Shown here piece by piece: positions 37,093-59,349 of a stretch of 64,000 bases of DNA. A program made the position numbers and the translations under genes. The stretch is from the NCBI RefSeq assembly GCF_009914755.1, contig NC_060942.1; one strand, 5' to 3'. Position 1 is the stretch's first letter, and every line of letters begins with the position of its first letter. The stretch comes from the human T2T-CHM13v2.0 reference genome, Homo sapiens. A model generated the notes under the pieces. That model saw only the letters and a list, made by a program, of their open reading frames with translations. It made no database searches and had not been told where the DNA came from.

Positions 37093-38129
37093 TCATTAAG
37101 TAGTCAGAGAAGATTTGTAAAAGATTTAAAATGGAGCTTGAAGGAAGAGTGCATGAAATGGGACCTGTGATTTTGGGTAAATCCCAGTGAGGAAAGTGCT
37201 TGGATGGTCAGGGCTGAGGCCAGAGTCAGGCGGGGTGACCAGAGAGGGGTGAAGAGTAACCCAGTTTGCCTGGAGATGAGGAGATGTTATTGCAGACAGG
37301 ATTCCAGCTGAAAACACAAAGAAGGAATGAAAATTTTGTCTAGCTTGGAAATTTTGAGAATAACAGTATAGGGTAGGAAACTGAAAATAAAAGCAACAAT
37401 TTGAGTGATCGTCTATACACATTTATTAGAAAAACTTGGAAGACCAACACTGTTCCATACATAAACATTATCTGCCCTTAGACAGAATGTGAAAATTGGT
37501 GCTCAGGTGAAACTCTTGCCCAAGGCACCTGGCTGGTGAGGCATAAAGCAAGGAAATAGAATTTTATGTTTTTTTTTTTTTCATGTATTCAAATCTTACT
37601 GCACAGAGCTTGGAACTGTAGGAGCAATCCATGTCCTTCTCTGGTTGCTGGACTTATTTGAGATAAAGGAAAAACTCACAGATATATTTGGAGAGAAAAC
37701 ATAGCCATATGTTCTGATCTAGTAACAAGATGATGACTAGGAATTAGACTTTCAAAGGAGAGTGTGTTACAAGGAAAACTTCCTTTCATGGGCTTCTGCT
37801 TTTATTGAGAATTACATGTGCTCTATTACACAGGTCTCACTCTGAGAGCTCTAGGGATTACAGTGATTACCCAACATGATCAATAAACTGGCCAATAACT
37901 CATCCGGGGTGGCTGGAGTGCAACACACTTTGCATTTTGTGATTGAAATTTCCTTCAAACTGTCACTTGTAACTTTGGTTTTATTCCAAATCTAGTAACC
38001 CATGAAAGTACAATGATCTTGGGGATTTATTGGCTGCATTGTGGCTGATGAAAACAGAATCTCTGACAGCCCAATTGCAATGTTCCCCATGAGACTTGTA
38101 ACTAAGCAGAGGAGCCACTGTGATTACTC

Positions 38130-38330
38130 CAGGAGTCAGAAAACCTGAACTGTGACTGTGATTCTACCTCCATCACCAAGCCGTGTGAACTTGAATAAAC
38201 CAGCTCACCTCTGGGAAATTAGCCTCATTCTCTAAACAGGGAAACAGCAACATTTAATCTCCTGAATTCACAGCATCTGTGTGAAAATCAGAAAATGAAA
38301 GCAATATTTGTCTAAAAACTTAAGCATTTC
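38130..38330 (+). mobile_element. MIR fragment
   Basis: GGAGTCAGAAAACCTG...GTGTGAACTTGAATAAAC...CCTCATTCTCTAAACAGGG. Confidence 0.55.
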
Positions 38331-38406
38331 CATTAAAAAAGGAAATACTTTTTTTTTCCTACTTAAACAACTGAGGAGATAAACTTACTTTAAAAAAAGC
38401 TTTAAG

Positions 38407-39860
<1,454 letters not shown>

Positions 39861-40139
39861 GAGAGTTTAGAATTTACTGTTTATACTGATTCTGCTTTAC
39901 ACAATCCTGTCTTTTTTCTGCTTGCCCGTCTACTTCTAATCAGGTGTTAGGATTTTGTTAAGCCAAAGCCATATTCAGTGGGAACCAAGGATTGGGAAGA
40001 AAGAAAGAACAGAAAATTAATGAAGTTAAAACAGTGTGACACGCCTTTGCTGGGTAACTTCCACAGGTGAGGCACTGTGCTAGGTATCCAGCAGGTGTTC
40101 CACACGTGCGTAAGCTACAGTCCCTGATAAGGATTCTGA

Positions 40140-40460
<321 letters not shown>

Positions 40461-41196
40461 GGGAGAATGGTTTTTCCACAGCTTTAGGATTTCTCTGTGA
40501 AACAGAAGGTACCTCCATCCTGTTTCTTTTTTTTCTTGCTTGTCTCTCCATTCATTTCCCAAGCCTTTAAAAAAATGTCTCCAACAAGAGCATCTGTGAT
40601 TGCTGCTTGGCAGTTCTGTGTGTCTGTGATCTTTCCCTCATTGCTACCGGCTTCCCAAGGCTGCCTACTCAACCATTCAGCCTTTATCTGAGAAGAAATG
40701 ATAAATCCATTAACTGCATCCACTTTGGGATGGTCTTACAAAACCTGACTCTTGTCCTCATCTCAGTTCAATTACGCTTTCTGTTTTCCTGAATCTGCTG
40801 ATGCTTTATTTATGTTGGACGCACACAGGCTGCTGCACTGGCCTTATTAGAGCAGTTTGTGCCCTTGCAGGAGCATTTCGTTGTGCTACATTTGTGTCAC
40901 ACATTTGCTACACAATGCAAGGCTGAAGTTAGGCGGTTCAAGGAAATGTCAGCCTGTGATGAGTGTGAAACCCAGCTGCGCTTCTCCATCCACCAGAAGA
41001 AACGTTACTCTAAATTGATTTGTCATTTGCAAAACCACACTCCTAATAAATGTTTCATTACAAGGTGCTACCAGCTTTTACTGGGGCCCTGGCTGTCTCT
41101 GCAGACTCCAAATCTGATCTGAGTTGATTTGTAGACTTCTGCTTATTTTTTAAACTGCCAACCGAATCAAACAGCAACGTTGGAATAGAAGCCTAG

Positions 41197-42513
<1,317 letters not shown>

Positions 42514-42870
42514 GAGGAATGCAGATGACATTCCCTCTCATCTTCCAGATGTCTGTACACATGCTGTCTCTATCCCCTGAGGCAGCACAAATGTCTTCCT
42601 AGAGTTGAGGCCACAGCACTAGTGAGTAAGGGAAGCTCTGCGAGCATCAGGTGGGGGAGATGTCCAAGGGGGCTGTGCCACATGTTCCTCTGCAAACAAC
42701 TGGAACATCTCACCCAGACCTTCTTGTTCTCCAGTCACTTCTCAGTCATACAACTGCCGGCATGCTGCCTCTCATCTTTCCAGTAACCCGTATCAGCCTT
42801 TCTGGCTTCCCCCCTCACTCTGAGATTTCTTCTCAGAGGGAGCTTCAAATGCCTCTCCCTTCCATTATGA

Positions 42871-43333
<463 letters not shown>

Positions 43334-43924
43334 TCGAGTCTCATTTTCAATCTAAGATTCTCAAAGTATTCTTTCCAGTGATTTTCCACATGGGAATTCT
43401 GGTGGAATAAATTTTCTCCATCACTTCTGCATCAGAGTTCAGACATGCAAGAGCAGATCACCATGAGATGGAATGACTAAAGAAGGCTTTAAGGAGAAGG
43501 TGACAGTGGAACTGGACCTTGACATGAGCAGGCTTAATAGGTGGGGGCTGGGTTTGGGAAACAGGGGCCATTTTGAGCTGCTTTCTGAACTTCCAAGCTA
43601 TTCATATGTTAACACTTCCTAAATAGACTCACCAGAGAAAGAACTAGATCATCTTGTCATATTCCCCATAGAGCTTGGCTGCAACAGTTTCCAAGTTGTT
43701 CAGGAAGATGTCAAATCCTGCCCTCCAGAGGGCACCTGGAGTAGAACACAGGTGAGAGAATGGGAGGCAGGGATGTGTGCTGTGTAATTGTGGTCACTGC
43801 AGTAAAAACAGTTACACTAAACAAAGTACATGCAACATAGGCAAAAGCGAATCAATGTCTCCTGCGGGTGTAAGGCATAGAGTCCCATGTTTATACATAC
43901 ACACGCACACACACACATATATAC

Positions 43925-44260
43925 TTAGGTATAAATCAGCCATACATTTCATAAAATTCACGAATTGTTCATGAGTTTTGTTTGACAAATGTACATGATT
44001 GTGTAATCACCACTACAGTCACGATATAAAACATTCTGCTCACCCAAAATGTTCCTTTGTGCCCCTTTAGAGTCAGTCTTCTTCCCCCACATCTGGGTAA
44101 TAGCAATTACTAACCTTCTCTCCATCACAGTAGCCTTTCCTTTCCTAGGATAAATGGAACTATAAAGTATGTAGTCTCTTGTGTCTGTGTTCTTTCACTT
44201 AACACAATGCTTTCAAGATTTATTCATGTTAATTTGGCAGCTCTCTGAATAATTAATTGA
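43925..44260 (-). mobile_element. Old L1M 3'-end fragment
   Basis: TTGACAAATGTACATGATTGTGTAATCACCAC...CTTTCACTTAACACAATGC. Confidence 0.7.
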
Positions 44261-44384
44261 ATAGCCCAAGTACTAGTGGGAAGGAAATCAGACAGGAGAC
44301 AACAGCAAAGGCCCCAGCAAGAGATAACAAGGATATCTGAACCAGTTTGCTGAGGGAATGACAGGAAAGACACAGAGAGCAAAA

Positions 44385-45310
<926 letters not shown>

Positions 45311-46155
45311 AAGTGTTGAGGAGAAGGGAGAACCTATAGTGGCAATTACCAAAGAGAATGGATCCCAACACGCAGACATGGAACTGGGCAGGAAGAGGGG
45401 CAGGACAGCCTGGCCACAGCTGCTTGCTCAGTGGTATGGGCAGGAAAAGTGAGCTGGAGCAAGGGGTACACATTTGAGGCAGCCTTATAGTCCTAATGGT
45501 CCAGTGGTTTAGTAGGAAAATAAGGTGAAAGAAGGATGGTGTCTATGTCACAGGAAGCCAAGCCAAGAAATAAGCAACGGGCCCAGGGGAGACTCAAGTA
45601 TGAGAGGGCAAGAGGGAACATTCTTGGTGCAGCAGGCAGAGCTCTCTGCTCACACGATCAGGGCCTCTGCTGGCAACACGTTTACACTCATAGAACCTGA
45701 CCTTTATCCAAACATTTCCTCTGCATGCAAGAAAACAGACATGTAGAGAAGTAAGTCCACTTGCCCACAGTTACAAAAAAAAATCTGTGACAAAGCCAGA
45801 ATAACTGTAACAATGTCACAATTTCTTTTAGAATTTGACAGAAGGATTCTTAATTTCACCATTAGAAAGAAAATACTCTGTAGTAAATACCTATGCCATC
45901 CAAGACAAATTATTTGTTTCCTTAAGTCTTGGTCTCCGTTTTGGCAAAATAGAAATAACTATGTTTAAACAAAAGGCATGTGAAAAGAGACAAAGTACCT
46001 AAAGGCCCTGTGTGGATCATCCTTATTATTTATTTGCTCCAGCCATATTGGGCTTTTCCATCTTCTTGCACACAATGTATTCCCTCGTTTCAATTTTGCC
46101 TTCACTCCTCACCTGGCTAAATCTCTCACGTCAGCCTAACTGCCACTTCCAATAG

Positions 46156-46498
<343 letters not shown>

Positions 46499-46519
46499 TC
46501 ACTCCTTCTATTATACTGT

Positions 46520-46878
46520 ACATCTTAGTCCATTCATGCTGCTATAACAAAATACTTTAGACTGGGTACCTTATAAACAACAGAAATTTATTTCTCACAG
46601 TTCTGGAGGCTGGAAAGTCCGAGAGCAAGGTGCTAACAGATTGGGTGTCTGGGGAGGGCCCTCCTCATAGATGGTACCATCTAGGGGACCTCACGTGGTG
46701 GAAGGGGCCAATCAGCTCCCTTGGGCCTCTTTTATAAGGGCATGAATCCATTCGTGAGGACTCCATCTTCATGACCTAAACACCCCCCAAAGGACCCCAC
46801 CTCCTAATACCATCATCTTGGGGGTTAGGATTTCAACATACAAATTTTGGTCTGACACAACTAGTCAGACCATAGCAT
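46520..46878 (-). mobile_element. MaLR solo LTR (MLT1A/MSTD-like)
   Basis: TCTTAGTCCATTCATGCTGCTATAACAAAATAC...GGGGTTAGGATTTCAACAT...CAGACCATAGCA. Confidence 0.85.
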
Positions 46879-46949
46879 TGTTGAATCACATTTTAAATGG
46901 GAATCAAAGTCTAAACTTAGCCTATAAGGCAAAAATTACATGTGGATAA

Positions 46950-47774
<825 letters not shown>

Positions 47775-47873
47775 TTATCAATATGTGCAACGCAGCCAAG
47801 TTTTCTTCCATTATCAGAACAACAATGCAAAAATGGAAAATAATCAGACACATGTTGAATTCAAAGCAGGGGT

Positions 47874-48153
47874 GGCTGGGCACAATGGCTCATGCCTGTA
47901 ATTCCAGCAGTTTGGGAGGCCGAGGCAGGAGGATTGCTTGAGACCAGGAATTCAAAATTAGCCTGGTCAACATAGCAAGACCCCATCTCTATAAAAAAAA
48001 TCATTCAAAAATAGCTGGGCATAGTGGTACATGCCTGTAGTCCCAGCTACTCAAGGGCCTGAGGTGGGAGGATTGCTTAAGACCTGGAGATCAAGGCTGC
48101 AGAAAGCTGTGATCTTATCACTGCCCTCCAGCCTAGGTGACAGAGTGAGACCC
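47874..48153 (+). mobile_element. Alu SINE (AluJ-like) lacking poly(A) tail
   Basis: Diverged dimer ending at GAGTGAGACCCT. Confidence 0.93.
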
Positions 48154-48164
48154 TATTAAACTTG

Positions 48165-48336
48165 TATTTAGACACAGAGCGCTGATTGGTGCATTCTTAC
48201 AGAGTGCTGATTGGTGCGTTGACAAACCTTTAGCTAGACACAGAGTGCTGATTGGTATGTTTACAATCCTTTAGCTAGACAGAAAAGTTCTCCAAGTCCC
48301 CACCGGACCCAGAAGCCCAGCCAGCTTCACCTCTCA
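48165..48336 (-). mobile_element. LTR12-family 5' fragment (LTR12F-like)
   Basis: Minus strand begins TGAGAGGTGAAGCTGGCTGGGCTTCTGGGTC; three GCTGATTGGT repeats; rest of the LTR absent. Confidence 0.88.
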
Positions 48337-48553
48337 GTCTCTCACTAATTTGTGAAAAATGTTTGCTTCTCAGGAATTCTGAGGGCACAAGAGGTCAAAA
48401 ATGAGGAGTGCCTTCGTGACCTAAGGCCACACAGGTCTCAAGCCAACCGCTGATCTTGTACAGAATCTAACAGAACAGTTCAGACCACTGTTCAAAGGAA
48501 TTGTTTAGCATATGGAGTAGCCACTGTTTCATAGATAGCCTATACTCCAGTGA

Positions 48554-49070
<517 letters not shown>

Positions 49071-50304
49071 TGAAGAACACTAAAAAATAACATTACTAAA
49101 TAATGATTGAAACAAAAGTCAAATACCCAAAGTACTCAGGTAAACTACTCAAAACATTACAACTTTTCATCCAAAACCAAATAGCTCATGGTAGGTAATC
49201 TTTAAAATATATTTAGCCTTTACTTGGCACTTGAGGCTCTAGAAAGATCACAAAGTCAGAGAAATCCAACTGAGAACGCAAACATCCATGCCTAAGGGGA
49301 AACCTACGTACGGGGTTCATGAGCATTACCAGGGCAGAGGGGAGGTTGGAGGTAAAGGCTTTCCAGGTGGCTGGGGTTAAGGGGGGCAAGCTCACTGGCA
49401 GGACTGGCCACAGCTACCAGAGACTGGAAGAGCAGAAACCTCGGGGAAATGCAGGGACCAGCTGGCATGGGGCCTGGTGAAGCACTTTCCTCTTTATTCT
49501 GGAGGCTAGAGCGGCTTTCTGATGAGCAGCTGCACATTCACATTTGATTCCAGCTGTCACAGAACACCGTCATCATTGCTCCCTGGCTCCTGAGGCAAAA
49601 TACCAGCATCTTTTTTATATGAAGCATAAGTATGTGCATGCAAATGCACACCCGCGCGCACGCACACACACACACACCCCAGAATGATACAAGGTGCCGG
49701 TCTGTTAGCATTTCTCAAAAATTCCATTCCAACCCTGGTACAAAATATTCAGATTATAAGCAAGGATTGAACACTTCACATTGGCATTCCCATTTTCCCC
49801 CTAAGGGTTGCACTAATTTACAGTAAATCATTGAATAATGATTAATAATAATACGGCTTAAAATACTGCAATGATAATCTATTTAAGAAATAAGTATGTC
49901 CTTCTACTTAAATTAAAATCACCCAATAATAAATCTCCAAGTGAAATTGGATATTAATATCCAATTAAATAATATGAATACAACTTAATTTATATTCCCG
50001 ATTTTATTGTATGAATTCCCCAATTACACTGTATGGGGGCCACTAAACTCTGCTCTGTGCTGAGTAGCGAGAATGGGGGGATTCTAGAGTGGGCACTAGA
50101 CTCAGGGGAGTTTGGGTCTCCAATTTCACAACTTTCACCACATGGGCAGTGACCGTATCCTCTGCTAAATGCCATGGAAATAGCACAGTCCATGGCACGT
50201 GAGCCTCTCCAGTCACATCCGCTTTGATTTTGCCTTAGTTTTAGTCTTCAGGACCAAATTCTGTCTATTAGTCACATGGAGAAGAAGATTTTTCATTTAT
50301 TTTA

Positions 50305-51389
50305 TTATTATTTTTTTTTTTAGTATTTATTGACCATTCTTGGGTGCTTCTCGGAGAGGGGGATTTGGCAGGGTCATAGAACAATAGTGGAGGGAAGGTC
50401 AGCAGATAAACATGTGAACAAAAGTCTAGGCAGAAGGCCCTGCCGCCTTCCGCAGTGTTTGTGTCCCTGGGTACTTGAGATTAGGGAGTGGTGAAGACTC
50501 TTAACGAGCATGCTGCCTTCAAGCCTCTGTTTAACAAAGCACGTCTTGCACCGCCCTTAATCCATTTAACCCTTAGTGGACACAGCACATGTTTCAGAGA
50601 GCACGGGGTTGGGGGTAAGGTCACAGATCAACAGGATCCCAAGGCAGAAGAATTTTTCTTAGTACAGAACAAAATGGAGTCTCCTATGTCTACTTCTCTC
50701 CACACAGACACAGTAACAATCCGATCTCTCTTTCTTTTCCCCACACTTCCCCCCTTTCTATTCGACAAAACCGCCATCGTCATCATGGCCCGTTCTCAAT
50801 GAGCTGTTGGGTACACATCCCAGACGGTGGGGTGGCCGGGCAGAGGCGCCCCCCACCTCCCGGACGGGGCGGCTGCCGGGCGGAGACGCTCCTCACATCC
50901 CAGACGGGGCGGCGGGGCAGAGGCGCTCCTCACTTCCCAGACGGGATGACGGCGGGGCAGAGGCTGCAATCTCGGCACTTTGGGAGGCCAAGGCAGGCTG
51001 CTGGGAGGTGGAGGTTGTAGCGAGTGAGATCACGCCACTGCACTCCAGCCTGGGCACCATTGAGCACTGAGTGAGCGAGACTCCGTCTGCAATCCCGGCA
51101 CCTCGGGAGGCCGAGGCTGGCAGATCACTCGCGGTCAGGAGCTGGAGACCAGCCCGGCCAACACGGCGAAACCCCGTCTCCACCAAAAAATACAAAAACC
51201 AGTCAGGCGTGGCGGCGCGCGCCTGCAATCCCAGGCACTGGGCAGGCTGAGGCAGGAGAATCAGGCAGGGAGGTTGCAGTGAGCCGAGATGGCAGCAGTA
51301 CAGTCCAGCCTCAGCTAGGCATCAGAGGGAGACCGTGCAAAGGAGAGAGGGAGAGGGAGAGGGTTGGGAGAGGGAGAGGGAGAGGGAGC
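50305..51389 (-). mobile_element. SVA retrotransposon, all domains present, very short VNTR
   Basis: Poly(T) and TTTATT; SINE-R ~50322-50815; VNTR ~50816-50965; Alu-like ~50966-51330; (AGAGGG)n hexamers ~51341-51388; TSD TCATTT(A/C)TTTTA at 50293-50304 and 51390-51401. Confidence 0.96.
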
Positions 51390-51449
51390 TCATTTCTTTT
51401 ACTAATAAAATTAGTTAACATTTTTAGGGCAGTTAGGAATGTCCAGCCT

Positions 51450-51960
51450 TGAATAGAGCGCTGCACATGTGCTGACTCACTGAATCCCTACACTAGCCTG
51501 AGAGATACAGAGCTGGTTTTTCCATCTCCACTGCACACATGAGGAAACCGAGGCTTAGAAAGAGTAAAGAATGTGTCCAATGCACCATAAGGGGAAATGG
51601 TCAAATGAGGATTAAAACCCGGATTTGTCAAACACCAAAGTCCCTTCTCTTAAAGATTATACTAACTTGGTCACACTAAATAGTCCCATCTAGGCATTTG
51701 CTAACTTGCTAGGGGTGCCAAGAGCCAGAGGAGGGGTCAGTGTTTGAAAAAGTGCCCCGATTAATAATAATAACAACTCAAACGTGTATGGTGAATTTTG
51801 GCTTACAGTGGGCGATCGTGTCTGTTATCCCACTGAATTGTTTCCATTAGCTCTACTGTAGACGGCCTCTCTAGTTTATAAAGAGGAACTGGAGGCTCAG
51901 AGCGAGAGGCAAGTTGCGCAGACAGTCACTGGGAGAGCCGGCCTCAAAGCCAAGTCTCCC
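51450..51960 (-). mobile_element. Two MIR fragments (~51450-51660; ~51770-51960)
   Basis: ATGAGGAAACCGAGGCTTAGAAAG and AGAGGAACTGGAGGCTCAGAG antisense MIR cores. Confidence 0.65.
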
Positions 51961-52949
51961 CACTGCAGAGGGAGTTCTCCATCCAGCACCCAATGTCATG
52001 ATGGTGCCCTTCCTCCAGGGCCTCCTTCCCTTTCCTGTGAGGAGGAAGAGGGCTAAGAGGCTCCACATAAACATCAGCATTCTGCACACCACCCCGCTTC
52101 TCCCTTTTCTCCCCCAAAGTTAGTTTGACTTGTAGGGAGAGCAGGCAAACACCTTTCTTCATGGGGTGATCTCAGAGGCACAAGGGAGGCCACACTGATG
52201 TCCAGACTATTTCTCCCTGTGACTAAAGCCTGCAGTCAGCCACTTACAGCATCATCCCTTTCATTCTGAAGGTTTGATTCCGCTTGAAATAAAATATCCC
52301 TGAGAAGGGGGTTACTTTAAAGTGTTTTCAGGAAAGGGCAGTGGAGTGGAGTGAAATGTTGCTGAGGCAGGAGTCTGACGTGGGGGTTCAGTTCAGCCCT
52401 GGCTTGCCCAAGGCTGTGTGTGTCTGGGGGCAGCACCCAACAGCTTGGGGTCTTAGTTCAATTATCTATGAATTCAGAGGCAGTAAACCAGAGATTGGAG
52501 ATTCCTTCTGGCTTAATGTGCTAGATTTATGCAAAGCTTCATTGTATGTTCTTTGTGGATGTTTAGACATTTCAACTGTTCTGAATTATGAGATTAGAAT
52601 CAACAGTGGAAAAACACAGACTTCTGTTTGATGACTTACTTCAGAGAGTCTTTAGAGTCTACTGGTTAAAAATAATTTACTTGGCTCCAAAAGGATGGCT
52701 GTGAAACATTTTGGCAGGACTTTATATGTAAGGACTTGACTGTGGTTAGCCCATTGCAAATGATATTTGTTAAGTTGCTGAAAACAAAATCTTTCCTGAA
52801 TACTCTTCTAAAAAAAGATGATGCTATGTCAGCTTGATTCTAAATGTTGTCATACTCCTACAAGGGCTTTCAAAGACCATAACCTTCTCCAGTCCCTCCC
52901 AGACCCTACTCTCAGTCAGTCAGCAAACCCTATGTTCTTTCCATATTTC

Positions 52950-53130
52950 ATTCCCTCCCTTCCTTCCTTCCTTCTTTCCTTCCTTCCTTCCCTTTCTCTT
53001 CCCCCTCCCTCCCTCCCCTCCCTCCCTTCCTCCCTTCCTTCCTTCCACCTTCCCTCCCTCCCTTCCTTCCACCTTCCCTCCCTCCCTCCCCTTTCCTTTC
53101 CTCCTCTCTCTCTCTGTCTCTCTCTCTCCA
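52950..53130. repeat. Polypyrimidine (CCTT/CCCT/CT)n low-complexity tract
   Basis: ~180 bp almost purely C/T. Confidence 0.95.
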
Positions 53131-53961
53131 TCTTTGTCTCTATCATTCTCTCTCCCTCCATCTATTTTTCTATTCCATTCACTTTCACTGTCTTTTTTAG
53201 TCTTTGGAAGAATGCCCAGGGCTCAATGTCTTATAAACTTTCAGTAAATAAAAGAGTTTTATTGTGTCATTGGGGGTAATCTAACTAGCTGATAAAACTG
53301 CTGAAAGCATTAAACCTGCAAAATGTCATTCCTGGGATTATGCTAAGCCTTGCAATGAGTTAATAAAAATCACTACACAGCAGAAAGTCTACTCTGCCCT
53401 CCTAAATTCAAATTGCATCCTCAATTTTCCACCTACCCCACCGCATCTCCCACCTGCCTCCTGGCTGCTGCTTCGGGGCAGAGCTCAGAACTTGGCATCT
53501 CCCCCCATAGGAGTCGTGACAGATTGAATGAGAGAGAAATAGAAACAGCAGGCATTTAGCTCACAAACAGATCAGAAGGGGAGAGTAAGATAACGCAAAG
53601 CAGATTCAACTCCTGTGACACCGACTGTCTAATTTTTTTAATGGGCTTCTTGATTTCCATAGTGCTTGCCCTGATTTCATTTAATTAGATAAAAAAGAGG
53701 TGATACGTACCTGTATATTTTTGTATGGAAAGGGGGAAGAAAGACAATGAACATGATGGCAGCTTTCGTGTTTTGAGTGCGTCTTATGTGCCAGACTCAA
53801 TGCTAAAGTCACGCAGAACCCTTACCATCCTCCCATTTGCAGAGAGCAAACCAAGGCTCCAGGAATGGAGGACCAGCTCCTTCCTGGCTAAGCCTCTTCT
53901 CTCCCATTGTGCTTGAAAACGGCAGTTTCCTTGAATTAGGAATCAATTTATACAGAAATAA

Positions 53962-54376
<415 letters not shown>

Positions 54377-55693
54377 GATAATCTTTTAAAAGAAAACTTT
54401 CCCCATTTATATGTAAAATACATTCTCCCACATCTCAACCTTAACTCTCCCATTTCCACCTCTCCTGCAGCCTTTTTACTAAAAGTCAGTACAAGTCCTT
54501 TGGGGACAAACATCGTGAGAGGGAGATGGTAGATGAGGAAGGAGAAGCTCACACTGCCCTGAGCCACTGTTGGTGACAGAGGCCTCTGCCTCCACATTGT
54601 TTCACGTGAGCACATGTGGGAATGCATCTGGGACATGAGTTTTGTTTCCAGTTGTCCCAGGAAACAAAACCCCTGCGGCCTCTAACAGGCAGCCCTCCCA
54701 TGAGGCCAATTGTGGGCTCTGGCTCTGCTGCTAAACTTTCCAGCCTTTCTGAGATTTTACCAGTAAACTTTTCTGCTTAACAATACAATTCCGCTACTAA
54801 GCAAATTAGCCACTCCAAGTTACAGAGGAAAAATGTGGCCCAGATTTTGATGCCAACAGGAAACAGCCTCCTCTTCTCCTCTCCTCCTCCTCTTCTTTTC
54901 TCTGGGCTCTGCTGAGTCACTTTCAAATATTTTTTTTCTAGGTTTTCTTATATTTCCTCCCCTTCCCCACTTTTTTTTAATACTACATTTTAAAGCAACA
55001 GCATTGTGCTGTTTAAAGAGAATGATAAAAACACAGGAAACAAATTCATAGTTTCTTTTTACCCTGAGTGCTTGACTTGAATTGACCTTTGGTGACAGGT
55101 TCTGCCCCATGGGCCTCCCCTCGCCTCCATACACTGCCTTCGAGCCTCCCCCAATCCCACACACAGGGACGGACAGGTAGCACTTCTGAGAGCTTGAAGA
55201 TCAGGTGCGCAGAACGTACTGGATGAGGAGCCAGAGACTTGACCTGGCTTTGCCTGTCATGGCCTGTTTGACCTTGAGTGATTTACTTAATTCCCGGAAT
55301 CTCCAGGCCCCTCAGCTATAAAACGGAGGGCTTAGCGGAGATGGCCCTCAGAGTCCTTCTGCCAACACTAAAATTCTCCTCTCCTGGGGCCTCTGGTTCA
55401 AGGCTGGTGAGTAAAGGCAAACCCAGCATGTTCTAGCAGAGGCCGAGAGGTTTCATTCTTTCTGACTGCTCTGCTCAACTACTCTCTTCCCTTCCTGCTG
55501 TCGCAACACACAGCGCTTTTATTCATTTTAAGAATTAAAAAATGTCCATTCCAATTTAAAACTTCAGTGTCTTATCCTCTTGTCTCCCCATCTCTGAGTC
55601 TTACAATCTGTTTCTTATTGACAGAATAATTTCAACTTATTTAATTGTTCGTTTTTATCACTTTTGTTTCACATTTCACTGTTTCAAAAAGAC

Positions 55694-55989
55694 TTTTTTT
55701 TTTTTTTTGAGACAGAGTCTCACATTGTCACCCGGGTTGGAGTGCAGTGGTGTGATCTTGGCTCACTGCAACCTCTGCCTCCCGGGTTCAAGTGATTTTC
55801 CTGCCTCAGCCTCCTGAGTAGCTGCAATTACAATTGCTGGCCACCACGCCCGGCTAATTTTTTGTATTTTTAGTAGAGATGGGGTTTCACTATGTTGGCC
55901 AGGCTGGTCTTGAACTCCTGACCTTGTGATCTGCCCACCTCGGCCTCCCAAAGTGCTGGGATTACAGGCATAAGCCACCATGCCTGGCC
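55694..55989 (-). mobile_element. Alu SINE (AluSg-like)
   Basis: Reverse-complement dimer. Confidence 0.96.
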
Positions 55990-55999
55990 TCAAAAATAT

Positions 56000-56830
<831 letters not shown>

Positions 56831-56977
56831 AAAGTCAAGGATGGCAAAAGAAGGTACTCCTATGAATTCAAATCAGGAATGTCCAACTTCTTACTTGTAT
56901 TGAAACTTGTAACTTTCACTTATACTGAAACTTTTCAAAGCATCTTTCCAAATTGCACTTTAAAAGGCTTATTTATG

Positions 56978-57284
<307 letters not shown>

Positions 57285-57464
57285 TTATCAAAAATATGTC
57301 ATTGCCTGGGGAGAAAAAAAGAGACAAGCAAGCCAGGCAATAAAGGAAAATGTAGGATTCGTTTACAATTGGATACACTGCATTATTGCACTCCTGACAG
57401 AAGAGAACTTCTATTTGACTAGGTGTGGTGAGAACCAAATCCACTGCTTCCAACTTTTCATGTT

Positions 57465-58952
<1,488 letters not shown>

Positions 58953-59349
58953 CATCTGCCAAGAGGAAGAATTTTTCACAAGTTAGCTTCTGGTGCTAGG
59001 AGCCATGGGACTCATTTGTATCTCACCATGTCCTCTGGTTTTGAACCTTCATGTTATGACACCAACTGAGATACATGGTGGGTGGTGATAATTACCCTGG
59101 AATATATTCTGACACCAGAATGGCCAAGAATAACTTCATTATCCATGAAGGTGACCACAAATCACATAAATACATCCTACCTAACCCAAAAAAGATGCAT
59201 TTCTTATCCAAGTTCCCTTCGGCTACACCCCAAAAATGCTTGGCCACTCTCGTGCCACCTAAACTGAGGGGAAGTGTGACAGAATTCCAAGTGGATTGTA
59301 GCTAAAATGCCTAACTTTTACATAGTTTGTTTCCAATGTGAACATAGAC

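Noticed and set aside
52818-53279. Pro/Ser/Leu-rich ORFs
   Set aside because: Translation of a (CCTT)n simple repeat
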